A stretch of 64,000 nucleotides of DNA from Turneriella sp. (lineage in GTDB: Bacteria; Spirochaetota; Leptospiria; Turneriellales; Turneriellaceae): the NCBI GenBank assembly GCA_965279515.1, contig CBDIID010000003.1:3360001-3424000 (forward strand), read 5' to 3'. Under the pieces are notes generated by a model that did not search any database, had not been told where the DNA came from, and saw only the letters and a program-made list of their open reading frames with translations. A program made the position numbers and the translations under genes. How positions within the stretch are numbered: the stretch's first letter is position 1; every line of letters starts with the position of its first letter. Shown piece by piece: positions 9,189-18,354 of this stretch.

Positions 9189-9874
9189 AGCGCGACGCCG
9201 AAAAATTTTCCCACCAGCGCGGTCACGCCCAGCGCAAGGCCGCCCCAGAACATCACGCGCAGTACGGCGCGGCCGACATTTGCCTTGCCCGCCTGGGCCG
9301 CCAGAGCCCCGAGGGATGCAAGGCTTACGAGTGCTGCGGCAGACACGGCGGCGATGGCGTATTTTTTGGGCGCCAGTGCTGTGACGAGCAGGGGAAGCGC
9401 GGCGCCGATGGCAAATGTTGCCGCCGAGGCGAGCGCCGCCTGCAAGGGGCGCGCGGTGTGAACTTCTGAGATTCCCAGCTCATCGCGCGCGTGCGCGGCG
9501 AGTGCGTCATGCGCCGTGAGTTGTTCTGCGACGCGGCGCGCGAGTTCGGGTTCGACGCCGCGGTCGATGTAGATGCCCGTGAGTTCTTTCAGCTCAGAAT
9601 CGGGTTCTTCAGCAAGTTCTTTTGTTTCCCGTGCGAGATCGGCGCGTTCGGTATCGGCCTGCGAACTGACGGAGACATATTCTCCCGCTGCCATCGACAT
9701 GGCGCCGGCGACAAGGCCCGCCGCACCTGTGATGAGAATGCTTTTGGTTTCGGCGCCTGCTGCGGCAACACCGACGACAAGGCTTGCTGTCGACACGATA
9801 CCATCGTTGGCGCCCAGAACTACGGCGCGCAGCCAGCCGATGCGCGTGGTGCGGTGGTTTTCCGTATGTTGCAT
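9185..9874 (-). CDS. VIT1/CCC1 family Fe/Mn transporter
   Basis: GWLRAVVLGANDGIVS and SMAAGEYVSVSSQ motifs. Confidence 0.92.
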   Translation of the reverse strand: MQHTENHRTTRIGWLRAVVLGANDGIVSTASLVVGVAAAGAETKSILITGAAGLVAGAMSMAAGEYVSVSSQADTERADLARETKELAEEPDSELKELTGIYIDRGVEPELARRVAEQLTAHDALAAHARDELGISEVHTARPLQAALASAATFAIGAALPLLVTALAPKKYAIAAVSAAALVSLASLGALAAQAGKANVGRAVLRVMFWGGLALGVTALVGKFFGVAL

Positions 9875-9950
9875 AAGTAGCTGCCGGTAAATGGATGGCC
9901 TACAGGGCAACGACCATTAGCGATACTCGGGATAGCTTTGTCTTTGAGTA

Positions 9951-9970
9951 TAATGACACTGATGTCATTA
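9951..9970. promoter_or_regulatory. Palindromic operator
   Basis: TAATGACA-ctga-TGTCATTA, perfect 8-bp arms, between divergent genes. Confidence 0.6.
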
Positions 9971-10007
9971 TTGATTGACCGCCTGTACTGTGCATGATGG
10001 ATCAGCC

Positions 10008-10583
10008 ATGCTTGGCATCCCCCTTGGCCTATTGGCCGCGAACGCCTTCGAATGGTATGCGCATAACAAAATTCTGCACGAGGCTGGCCGCGACAAAAAA
10101 GGCCAGGCGCATTACCATTGGGATCACCACCGCGAAGTACGCCGCCACGATTTTAAAGAGGCGCAGTACGAGCACATTTTCGGCGAAGAATATGACCGCC
10201 ACCGCTTCGAGATCGAAGCGCTGGTCAAAGTTTCGCTGATGGTCTCGCCGCTTTTTCCCGTAGCGCCGTTTTTCACGGCGACGCTCTGGTATTCCGCCTG
10301 GAATTATTACCACTGCCACCGCAAGGCGCATGAAAACCCCGAGTGGGCGCGCGAGCATTTGTCATGGCATGTCGATCACCACCTCGGCCGCAACCAGGAC
10401 ATGAACTGGTGCGTGACGAAACCCTGGTTTGATTACATCATGGGCACACGCGTCTATACGGCGCACAGCAAACCTGAATCGAATCCGCTGGGAATTCCAC
10501 TGCCCGAGTTTATGGAAAATCTATTGTGGCAGATTGTACCACGTGCGAAGAACGAACCCGCGCGGCAATCGGCCGCTGCCTAG
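10008..10583 (+). CDS. Fatty acid hydroxylase / sterol desaturase family di-iron protein
   Basis: His boxes HNKILH, HWDHH, HRKAH, HVDHH. Confidence 0.8.
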   Translation: MLGIPLGLLAANAFEWYAHNKILHEAGRDKKGQAHYHWDHHREVRRHDFKEAQYEHIFGEEYDRHRFEIEALVKVSLMVSPLFPVAPFFTATLWYSAWNYYHCHRKAHENPEWAREHLSWHVDHHLGRNQDMNWCVTKPWFDYIMGTRVYTAHSKPESNPLGIPLPEFMENLLWQIVPRAKNEPARQSAAA

Positions 10584-11110
10584 CGTTTCAGTTTTCGGGG
10601 GTTCGTCTTCTTGTCTGCCGCGGCCTTGAGCCGGCCGATACCAATTTCGGCCAAGCCCTGAATGTCCGCATCTTTATCTTTCAATGCCGCTTTGAAGACA
10701 CCTGCTGCACGGGGGTCGTCGAGCACTGTTAACTGGTAGAGACTCCATTTTCTTGTTCCGGGGCGTTTTGATTTTGCTTTGGCGATGCAAATATCTGCCA
10801 GTGCCGGCCAATCGGGTTTGAATATTTCTTCAAAATCATGGCGCAGGCCTTCGAGCAGGTTATCCTGATCGAACTCTGTGGCGCGGTCGAGAAGTAATGG
10901 CACGGCATTCCGCAGGTGGCGTTTTGCGGCTTCGCGCGAAAATGCCAGAAAACGGTAGAGACCTGTTACCCAATATTCTTCCTCGTCCCAGGCAATATCA
11001 TCTTCGCCAGCGAGCGGCTTGGATTTCTTAAGCATGTTTAAAAATGCCGCGTCGCTGAGGTTTTTCCACCCGGCGGCAAATTCGGCCATATGATCAAACG
11101 CTGATTTCAT
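10580..11110 (-). CDS. HEAT-repeat-like hypothetical protein
   Basis: Helical; LDDPRAAGVFKAALKDKDADI pattern. Confidence 0.6.
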   Translation of the reverse strand: MKSAFDHMAEFAAGWKNLSDAAFLNMLKKSKPLAGEDDIAWDEEEYWVTGLYRFLAFSREAAKRHLRNAVPLLLDRATEFDQDNLLEGLRHDFEEIFKPDWPALADICIAKAKSKRPGTRKWSLYQLTVLDDPRAAGVFKAALKDKDADIQGLAEIGIGRLKAAADKKTNPRKLKR

Positions 11111-11228
11111 AGTCCTGTCCGAATAATACGAGCTAAGCAGAATAAAATAACCGCAGAATTTGTAAAAAAGTTTCCCCCGTTAATTTCTCTTGGCTTGACC
11201 GCATATTTCAGCGCACGGCTCCGCAAGT

Positions 11229-11639
11229 ATGCGCAAGCTAAATCTGATTTTTGGCCTGGTGTTGTTCCTCGCTTTTATCGGCACCGGGCTTTATCTCATG
11301 CTGGTTTTCAAACCGCAGAATATGACAAACCTGCCCGCGCGCATGGAAATCCGCGCGAACCATATCTATATTCTCTTCATCGCGCTGCTCAATATGTGGG
11401 CGTTTGCGGTGAAACCGAAGGTCGCACAGAAACCCGTCTATACATTTGAGTTTCTGTTCCGTGTTTTTCTCATGCTTGCCGGTGCACTTGCAGTCGCGGC
11501 TTTTTTCACCGAGCATAACGGAACACTTACGGGACGCAAATTCACTTTTTACGCAGTTGTGTCGTCGCTTTCGGCCACGGGGTTTTACCTGCTTACGCTC
11601 TACCTGGACAAAAAGGGACAGGAGGTCACGAAGCCGTGA
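11229..11639 (+). CDS. Four-TM membrane protein
   Basis: Four hydrophobic segments; RANHIY motif. Confidence 0.7.
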   Translation: MRKLNLIFGLVLFLAFIGTGLYLMLVFKPQNMTNLPARMEIRANHIYILFIALLNMWAFAVKPKVAQKPVYTFEFLFRVFLMLAGALAVAAFFTEHNGTLTGRKFTFYAVVSSLSATGFYLLTLYLDKKGQEVTKP

Positions 11640-12442
11640 GCGTAAACCCGCTGTCGCTATCAGAACCGTGGTCGCTCGTCGCTGCGGGCTACCAGGAAGA
11701 AACGGTGCCGGCATTCCGGCAGTATTGCCAAAAGGCGATGGAGCTTGCGGACTATCAGCCGGGTGGCAAGGTGCTCGACGTTGCCTGCGGACCGGGCACA
11801 TTGTCGCTGATGCTCGCCGATTCCGCTGCGGCTGTTACTGCGATCGATTTTTCAGATGGTATGCTCGACATCTTCCGCGCGCTTGCCTCTGACAAAACCA
11901 ACATCGCGATCCATCAAATGGACGGGCAGAAACTCGAGCTCCTCGATGCGGAATTTGATTTTGCCTTCTCGATGTTTGGCCTGATGTTTTTTCCCGATCG
12001 TATGGCGGGCTTTAGCGAGCTATACCGCGTGTTAAAACCGGGCGGGCGTGCCGCGGTTTCGAGCTGGGCGCCTGTCGCCGAATCGCCCATGATGCAACTC
12101 ATGTTCGGTTCGCTGCGCGCGGCGTTTCCCGAGCGCCCCGAACCCAAAACGAATATGCTTAGCCTTGAGAATCCTGAACTATTTAAAGAAGAAATGGAAA
12201 AAGCCGGATTTCATAACGTGAAAATTACGGCATTCGATGGCGCATGGCTCATCGAGAACGCGGAAAAATTTCTCGAATCGATGGTGCGCGGCAGCGCACC
12301 GCTGGAAATGATGCGGAAAAATTTACCCGAAGGTGTTTGGGCTGAGAAACGGAAATTAATCCAGGCGCATCTCGAAAAGCAGTTGCCGCCACTGCCGGTA
12401 AAACTCGCTTCGCGGGCGTTTATCGGCACGGGCACAAAGTAA
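11636..12442 (+). CDS. Class I SAM-dependent methyltransferase
   Basis: VLDVACGPG; RVLKPGG. Confidence 0.9.
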   Translation: MSVNPLSLSEPWSLVAAGYQEETVPAFRQYCQKAMELADYQPGGKVLDVACGPGTLSLMLADSAAAVTAIDFSDGMLDIFRALASDKTNIAIHQMDGQKLELLDAEFDFAFSMFGLMFFPDRMAGFSELYRVLKPGGRAAVSSWAPVAESPMMQLMFGSLRAAFPERPEPKTNMLSLENPELFKEEMEKAGFHNVKITAFDGAWLIENAEKFLESMVRGSAPLEMMRKNLPEGVWAEKRKLIQAHLEKQLPPLPVKLASRAFIGTGTK

Positions 12443-12467
12443 CCGATTCAGCTTTACGCTGAGAAGA

Positions 12468-13436
12468 ATGGATATTCTCTCCGGTATGGGGATGAATGCT
12501 AGACAAAGCGACGATCCCCCGGAGAAAAAATCTCCTGCTTTTGACATTACGCTGCGCGTCGGCTGCCATTTGGTCTATGATGCCAGCGGCCCGTCGACCC
12601 TGCTGCTCAACATTCAACCGTTACGCGACCGCAAGCATCTGATCATCGCGCAATCCCTCAGCATGGGGTCTGACCAGCCCATCGAGGAGTATGTCGATAA
12701 CCACGGGAATCATGTCTACCGCCTTGTACTGCAGCGCGGCAGCAATATCGTTCATCACGATGCGCTGATCGCGGCATATTCACAGCCCGATAACTATGAT
12801 TTTACGGCGGGTGGTCCTGTGCCCGTGGAAGATCTGCAACCCGAACTTTTGCGCTATACTCTGCCCAGCCGCTACTGCGACTCAGACAGATTAACGAATT
12901 TTGCCTGGGAAAAGTTCGGGCACATTGAACACGGGCTACCCCGCGTTCAGGCGATCAGCCAGTGGTTGCACAACAATATCGAATACAAGTATTCGTCGGG
13001 CCGGCCCGATTTGTCGGCAGGGGATGTGCTGCAGCGGGGCTACGGTGTTTGCCGTGACTTCGCGCATCTCGCTGTCGCGCTCAACCGCACGTTCAATCTT
13101 CCTGCGCGCTACGTGACAGGGCATCTGCCCGATATCGGATTTCCCGATGCGCAGGGGCATATGGATTTTCACGCCTATGCTGAAGTTTATTTGGGCGGCC
13201 AGTGGTATACCAGCGATGCGCGATTCCATGTGCCGCGCATTGGCCGCGTGAAAGTTTCGTGCGGTCTCGATGCTGTGGACGGTGCATTCTCGACGATCTA
13301 TGGCGGCGCCAATCTCAGCCATTTCGAAATCTGGGCCTACCAGGTTGCCCCGGGCTCCGTAGCGGTCGGCGATCCGATCGATCTTTCACGCCGCCTCGAC
13401 AACCAATGGCTGGTGCAGACCGATGCCGCGCCCTGA
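12468..13436 (+). CDS. Transglutaminase-like protein
   Basis: GVCRDFAH, DFHA and D triad; PSRYCDSD. Confidence 0.9.
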   Translation: MDILSGMGMNARQSDDPPEKKSPAFDITLRVGCHLVYDASGPSTLLLNIQPLRDRKHLIIAQSLSMGSDQPIEEYVDNHGNHVYRLVLQRGSNIVHHDALIAAYSQPDNYDFTAGGPVPVEDLQPELLRYTLPSRYCDSDRLTNFAWEKFGHIEHGLPRVQAISQWLHNNIEYKYSSGRPDLSAGDVLQRGYGVCRDFAHLAVALNRTFNLPARYVTGHLPDIGFPDAQGHMDFHAYAEVYLGGQWYTSDARFHVPRIGRVKVSCGLDAVDGAFSTIYGGANLSHFEIWAYQVAPGSVAVGDPIDLSRRLDNQWLVQTDAAP

Positions 13437-14136
13437 CGGATCTCGCGCTTTGTTGCTTAGCTGCGAACATGCGCGAAATTCTCTTCCACCCGAATTGCGG
13501 CGCCTTTTCAAGGGCCGGCAAAGGCTACTGGACTCGCACCGCGGCTGGGACGAAGGTGCGCTGGAAATCGCGCGCGGCCTCAGACCGCGTCTCCGTGCGC
13601 CGCTTCTCGAAGGCCGTTATTCGCGGCTTGTGATCGATCTCAACCGATCGAGCCAGCACCGCGGCGCATTTTCTGAATTTACGCGGAAATTACCGCGGGC
13701 AGAAAAAGAGAATCTTCTGGAGAAGATCTATCATCCCTTTCGGCAAAATGCGCTGGCGCTGGTCCGGGGGAAGTCCCACACATTGCATTTGTCTGTGCAT
13801 TCATTCGTACCTGTTCTCAACGGAAAAGAACGAAACTGTGAAATCGGCATTCTTTATGATCCCCGCCGGCTTTCGGAAAAAACAGCCGCCCGGCGTTTGA
13901 AAAGTTCTTTTAAAAAACATTTTCCGCTTTTCCGGGTGCGGATGAACTACCCTTACCGGGGAATGTGCGACGGCCATACGTCTGCGCTCCGCCTGGTATT
14001 TCCGGAGAAACAATACACGGGTATCGAAATCGAGTTTAATCAGCGCCTGTTGCGCGCCCTGAAAAATAAAAAACCACTGCTTGAATTTCTGGCGCAGGCT
14101 CTCAAGCAGGCTTCGGCGCCAGAGCGCCCTTCGTAA
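13423..14136 (+). CDS. N-formylglutamate amidohydrolase family protein
   Basis: SCEHA, SHRGWD, SRLVIDLNR, SVHSF. Confidence 0.88.
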   Translation: MPRPDGSRALLLSCEHARNSLPPELRRLFKGRQRLLDSHRGWDEGALEIARGLRPRLRAPLLEGRYSRLVIDLNRSSQHRGAFSEFTRKLPRAEKENLLEKIYHPFRQNALALVRGKSHTLHLSVHSFVPVLNGKERNCEIGILYDPRRLSEKTAARRLKSSFKKHFPLFRVRMNYPYRGMCDGHTSALRLVFPEKQYTGIEIEFNQRLLRALKNKKPLLEFLAQALKQASAPERPS

Positions 14137-14728
14137 AAACTTCGATCAGCGTTGTCGCGAGCAGCAATAGGTTGTTGGAGACAGATTCAACTTCCGTGCC
14201 CGCGCGCATGATATCGTAGATCATGGCATTGAGAATGCGCGCCGTGCTTGGCACATGGAGCTCCGGGCGGATGAACCCCTTGTCGCGCCCAATCGTGAGA
14301 AAGCGCACGGTGGTTTCGAGAAATTCGGCCTGCGCGGCTTCGAAGCGGCGGCGTATTTCAGGGTCGGCGTGGATCTCTTCGAAGAAGATGCGGATATGGC
14401 TGATCTCACGCAGGAAGATCTGGCTGAAGTCGAGACAAAACCTTTGCATGACGCCGATATACTCTTCGGGTGTGGTAGCCAGATCGGGCCGCGTTCCCCA
14501 GGCAATTTTCAGGAAATCCGCATTCAGCTGGTCGAAGAGCGTCAGGAAGATATCGAGCTTGTTTTTAAAATAGCGGTAGATCGTGCCGTGACCAGCATCG
14601 AGAGCCGCCGCAATATCAGCGATGCCGGCAGCGTGATAGCCCTTTTCGGCAAACACATCGAGCGCCGCCTTAAGAATCGCTTCGCGTTTGACTTTCTTCT
14701 GCTCGGCTGTTACTTCGGGCCGGGCCAT
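14102..14728 (-). CDS. TetR/AcrR family regulator
   Basis: ILKAALDVFAEKGYH...IYRYFKNK HTH. Confidence 0.9.
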   Translation of the reverse strand: MARPEVTAEQKKVKREAILKAALDVFAEKGYHAAGIADIAAALDAGHGTIYRYFKNKLDIFLTLFDQLNADFLKIAWGTRPDLATTPEEYIGVMQRFCLDFSQIFLREISHIRIFFEEIHADPEIRRRFEAAQAEFLETTVRFLTIGRDKGFIRPELHVPSTARILNAMIYDIMRAGTEVESVSNNLLLLATTLIEVFTKGALAPKPA

Positions 14729-14771
14729 GGCGGGCAATCCTCGTTTTTAGAACGGCGTGTCAGGAAATATT

Positions 14772-16031
14772 TCAGTTCGCCATCTGCAGCATCGCCTGCA
14801 GCAACACGTTGCAGCCATGCATCGCCTGCTCAGGCTCGATGTTTTCGACTTCGTTGTGGCTGATGCCGTCGTCGCAGGGAATAAAAATCATGCCGGTGGG
14901 AGCGATCTCGGCGATGTAACACGCGTCGTGTGCTGCGCCGGATACGATTTCCATGGAAGAATAACCGAGATTGTTGGCAGCATCCTGCACGGCCTGGCGG
15001 CATTTCATATCGAAAGCGATGGGCGGATAATACCAGAAGTCTTTGAGTTCAACTTCGACAACACCTTCTTTATTGATGTCGGCGACGAATTGTTTGATCG
15101 TTTTATCCATCGACGCCAGTTGTGCATCCACCGGGTGGCGGAAGTCGATCGAAAATTTCACCTGACCCGGAATCGTATTGCGCGAATTGGGAAACACCTG
15201 CACAAAGCCGACAGTGCCGCAGGCATAGGGTTGGTGCGAGAGCGCGGTCTCATTCACTTTGGTGATGATTTTCGCCGCAGCAACCATCGCGTCTTTTCTG
15301 AGATGCATCGGCGTCGGGCCGGCATGCGATTCTCTGCCCTCAACCCTCACATCGTACCAGCGCTGGCCTTGCCCCAAAATCACGACACCGATCTGCTTTT
15401 TCTCAGCTTCCATGTACGGGCCTTGTTCGATGTGCGTTTCGAAAAAGGCCTTCATGGGTTGTGGTTTGGCTTTTTTCGTTCCGGCGTAACCGATACGTTT
15501 TAACTCCTCACCGAAAATTTTTCCGTGGATGTCGACCCTCGCGAGAGTTTCTTCGAGGGAAAATTTGCCGACCATCGTACCCGAGCCCATCATTGCCGGG
15601 GCGAAGCGCGTACCTTCTTCATTGGTCCAGACGACGACTTCGATAGGGTGTTGCGTTTCGATCTTCAGATCATTAAGCGTGCGGATAACCTCAAGCCCCG
15701 AAAGCACGCCGTAGACGCCGTCGAATCTGCCGCCCGTGGGCTGTGTGTCGAGATGGCTGCCGGTGGCAACCGGCGGCAGCGCATTATCTTTGCCGGCGCG
15801 CCGCGCATAGATGTTACCGACCTCGTCGATTTCGATCGAGCAACCCGCCTCTTTGCACCATTTCACAAAAAGATCGCGGCCTGCCTTATCTTCGTCGGTC
15901 AGTGCAATGCGGCAGCAGCCGCCCTTTTGTGTGGCCCCGATCTTCGCCATGTCCATGAGGCTCTGCCAGAGGCGGTCGCCATTGATTTGCGGGGTTTCCG
16001 TTTTAGGCCGTACCATGGTTGAAGTTTGCAT
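14772..16031 (-). CDS. M20 Zn-dependent N-carbamoyl-amino-acid hydrolase (beta-ureidopropionase-like)
   Basis: GSHLDTQPTGGRFDG, NEEG, HIEQGP, SGAAHD, SHNE. Confidence 0.92.
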   Translation of the reverse strand: MQTSTMVRPKTETPQINGDRLWQSLMDMAKIGATQKGGCCRIALTDEDKAGRDLFVKWCKEAGCSIEIDEVGNIYARRAGKDNALPPVATGSHLDTQPTGGRFDGVYGVLSGLEVIRTLNDLKIETQHPIEVVVWTNEEGTRFAPAMMGSGTMVGKFSLEETLARVDIHGKIFGEELKRIGYAGTKKAKPQPMKAFFETHIEQGPYMEAEKKQIGVVILGQGQRWYDVRVEGRESHAGPTPMHLRKDAMVAAAKIITKVNETALSHQPYACGTVGFVQVFPNSRNTIPGQVKFSIDFRHPVDAQLASMDKTIKQFVADINKEGVVEVELKDFWYYPPIAFDMKCRQAVQDAANNLGYSSMEIVSGAAHDACYIAEIAPTGMIFIPCDDGISHNEVENIEPEQAMHGCNVLLQAMLQMAN

Positions 16032-16102
16032 AGTGTTATCGGTGCCATGGCAGATGCGAGGGCGAATCTATTTTCGGTTCTGGCATCATTGTCCCTTGCT
16101 GT

Positions 16103-16249
16103 GCTATGGAATTCCATAGCTGGAAATCCCTCATGCAAATCGCAATTTTCTGGCTGTAAACCCTTGAAAAGCAGGGTTCAGCAAAAAAATGTTTACGGAA
16201 TGACGTGTCATTCTATTATAAGGCCTACTCTGTTTTGGAATTCCATAGC
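16103..16249. promoter_or_regulatory. Divergent promoter region with palindromic operators
   Basis: GCTATGGAATTCCATAGC (16103-16120, perfect); second copy TGGAATTCCATAGC (16236-16249); GAATGAC-gt-GTCATTC (16198-16213). Confidence 0.6.
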
Positions 16250-16263
16250 AAGTAGGGAGGCCT

Positions 16264-17865
16264 ATGAAAACTGTAGTTAATAACTCGGGAACCGGAGCGA
16301 TCTCTCAGGGTGGGGCAAGTATGAATTCAGGTATGAAACTCGACACCGAAGCTCTCGTTGTCGGCTCGGGTTTTTCCGGCATCGGCGCAGGCATCAAGCT
16401 CAAAGAAGCCGGCATCCCCTTCATGGTGCTCGAAAAGGCGCCCGACCTCGGCGGCACTTGGCGCGACAATACTTACCCCGGCATCGCCGTTGACATCACC
16501 TCTTTCACGTATTCGTTTTCTTACGAGCAGCTGCCCGATTGGTCGCGTGTGTTTGCGCCCGGCGCCGAGCTCAAGAAGTATGCCGATCACTGCGCGACCA
16601 AGTACGGCGTGCGGCCTTACATGCGCTTCAACAGCGAAGTACAGATCAGCACCTTTGACCCGGCCTCGCACACATGGGTGACCACGCTTAAGGGTGGGGA
16701 TGTTCTGCGTTCACGTTACCTCATTCTCGCGACGGGCGGGCTCACAATTCCCAAGCTGCCCGACATTGAAGGGATAGAATCGTTCAAAGGTAAAAAGATC
16801 CATACCGCACGCTGGGATCACTCTTTTGACCTGAAGGGCAAAAGAGTGGGGATTATCGGCACCGGCGCAACCAGCGTACAGCTGGTACCGGCGCTCGCGC
16901 CCATCGTGAAAGAAATCCACGTCTACCAGCGCACACCGATCTGGATTCTGCCGAAACCCGACGCCGAAATGGCGCGCGGCGTGCAGCTGGCGCTGAAGTA
17001 TATTCCCGGTCTGCAATGGTTGCTGCGCGGCGTAACCAACTCGATCACCGAAGCGGTGATGGTATTGGGAGTGATTAATTACAAAAAATATCCGCAGATC
17101 ACAAAATTTTTCGAAAACATCTGCCGCGACCATCTCGCGAAGCAGGTGGTTGATCCCGTCATCCGTGAAAAGCTCACACCGACCTATGGTTTTGGCTGCA
17201 AACGCCCGAGCTTTCATAACGAGTACCTGAAGAGCTTCAACCGCGAAAACGTTGAACTGGTCACCGATGGTATTGCCCGCGTCACCGAAACGGGAATTAT
17301 TACGAAGGATGGCAAAGAGCGCGAAATCGATGTGCTGATTACCGCGACTGGTTTTAAGACCTTTGAAAAAGGCAACACTCCGCCTTTCCCTGTGAACGGT
17401 TTGGGCGGCAAAGAGCTGGGTACGTTCTTCGACGAAGAGCGCTACCAGGCCTATGAAGGCATCAGTGTGCCGAAATTCCCCAACCTGTTTATCATGCTGG
17501 GGCCCTACGCGGCCACCGGTGCGTCGTGGTTCCAGATGGTGGAGAACCAGTCATACCATCTCGTGCGCGTCATCAACGAAGCCAACAAACGCGGCGCGAC
17601 GCAGGTCGAGCCCAAACAAGAGGCGCATGACCGCTACCACGCCGACATCATGGCGCGTATGAAAGATACGGTGTTCTTCAACAATAACTGCAGCACGGCC
17701 AATAGCTATTATTTCGACCGCCACGGCGATGCGCCGTTCATGCGGCCGATGACGTATGCCGAAGTTTGGTATCATAGCCATTTCTTTGATCTGGATGATT
17801 ATCAGTATACAAACTCTCCTGTTCAGAAAGCGGGGTTGTTAAGGGGCCACGCAGTGGCCCCTTAA
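16264..17865 (+). CDS. Flavin-containing Baeyer-Villiger-type monooxygenase
   Basis: GSGFSG, GGTWRDNTYPG, FxGxxxHTARW fingerprint, GTGAT, ATGF; GGGAGG RBS. Confidence 0.92.
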   Translation: MKTVVNNSGTGAISQGGASMNSGMKLDTEALVVGSGFSGIGAGIKLKEAGIPFMVLEKAPDLGGTWRDNTYPGIAVDITSFTYSFSYEQLPDWSRVFAPGAELKKYADHCATKYGVRPYMRFNSEVQISTFDPASHTWVTTLKGGDVLRSRYLILATGGLTIPKLPDIEGIESFKGKKIHTARWDHSFDLKGKRVGIIGTGATSVQLVPALAPIVKEIHVYQRTPIWILPKPDAEMARGVQLALKYIPGLQWLLRGVTNSITEAVMVLGVINYKKYPQITKFFENICRDHLAKQVVDPVIREKLTPTYGFGCKRPSFHNEYLKSFNRENVELVTDGIARVTETGIITKDGKEREIDVLITATGFKTFEKGNTPPFPVNGLGGKELGTFFDEERYQAYEGISVPKFPNLFIMLGPYAATGASWFQMVENQSYHLVRVINEANKRGATQVEPKQEAHDRYHADIMARMKDTVFFNNNCSTANSYYFDRHGDAPFMRPMTYAEVWYHSHFFDLDDYQYTNSPVQKAGLLRGHAVAP

Positions 17866-17874
17866 GGAAATTTT

Positions 17875-18315
17875 ATGGAAATAAGAACAGAAATCGAAAT
17901 CAACGCGCCGGCAGAGAATGTCTGGAAGGTGCTCATCAACTTTCCTGACTATGGTTCGTGGAATCCGGTGATCCCAAAAATCGACGGCATGCCCTACCGC
18001 GGCAACAAGATCAGTTTTAACATCCAGGCCGCGCCCGGTATACAGATACCGATTATGGCGTGCGAGATCCTGGTAGCCGACTCGGCGCAAAAAGAACTGC
18101 GCTGGAAGGGCCCGGCGATTCCGATCGCGGGGGATATCCTCAGCGGCGAACATTTCTTTATCGTGCAGGAAATTTCACCGAACAAAGTGCGCTTTGTGCA
18201 TGGCGAAGATTTCACCGGCCTCGCAGCACCGATGCTGAAGCCGTTGCTGCAAGATCGGCTCACGGCCAGCTATAATGAAATGAATGCAGCGCTGAAGAAA
18301 AGATGTGAGAAATAG
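17875..18315 (+). CDS. SRPBCC/START-like protein
   Basis: IEINAPAENVWKVL...WNP. Confidence 0.85.
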   Translation: MEIRTEIEINAPAENVWKVLINFPDYGSWNPVIPKIDGMPYRGNKISFNIQAAPGIQIPIMACEILVADSAQKELRWKGPAIPIAGDILSGEHFFIVQEISPNKVRFVHGEDFTGLAAPMLKPLLQDRLTASYNEMNAALKKRCEK

Positions 18316-18317
18316 AT

Positions 18318-18343
18318 CGCCCCACCCCTAGGGGGTGGGGGCG
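18318..18343. repeat. GC-rich palindrome
   Basis: CGCCCCACCCC-TA-GGGGGTGGGGGCG. Confidence 0.5.
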
Positions 18344-18354
18344 AAGAGGGCAAA

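Noticed and set aside
14757..16022. Long plus-strand ORFs opposite the M20 hydrolase (and similar antisense ORFs throughout)
   Set aside because: Typical antisense ORFs in GC-rich coding DNA; no motifs
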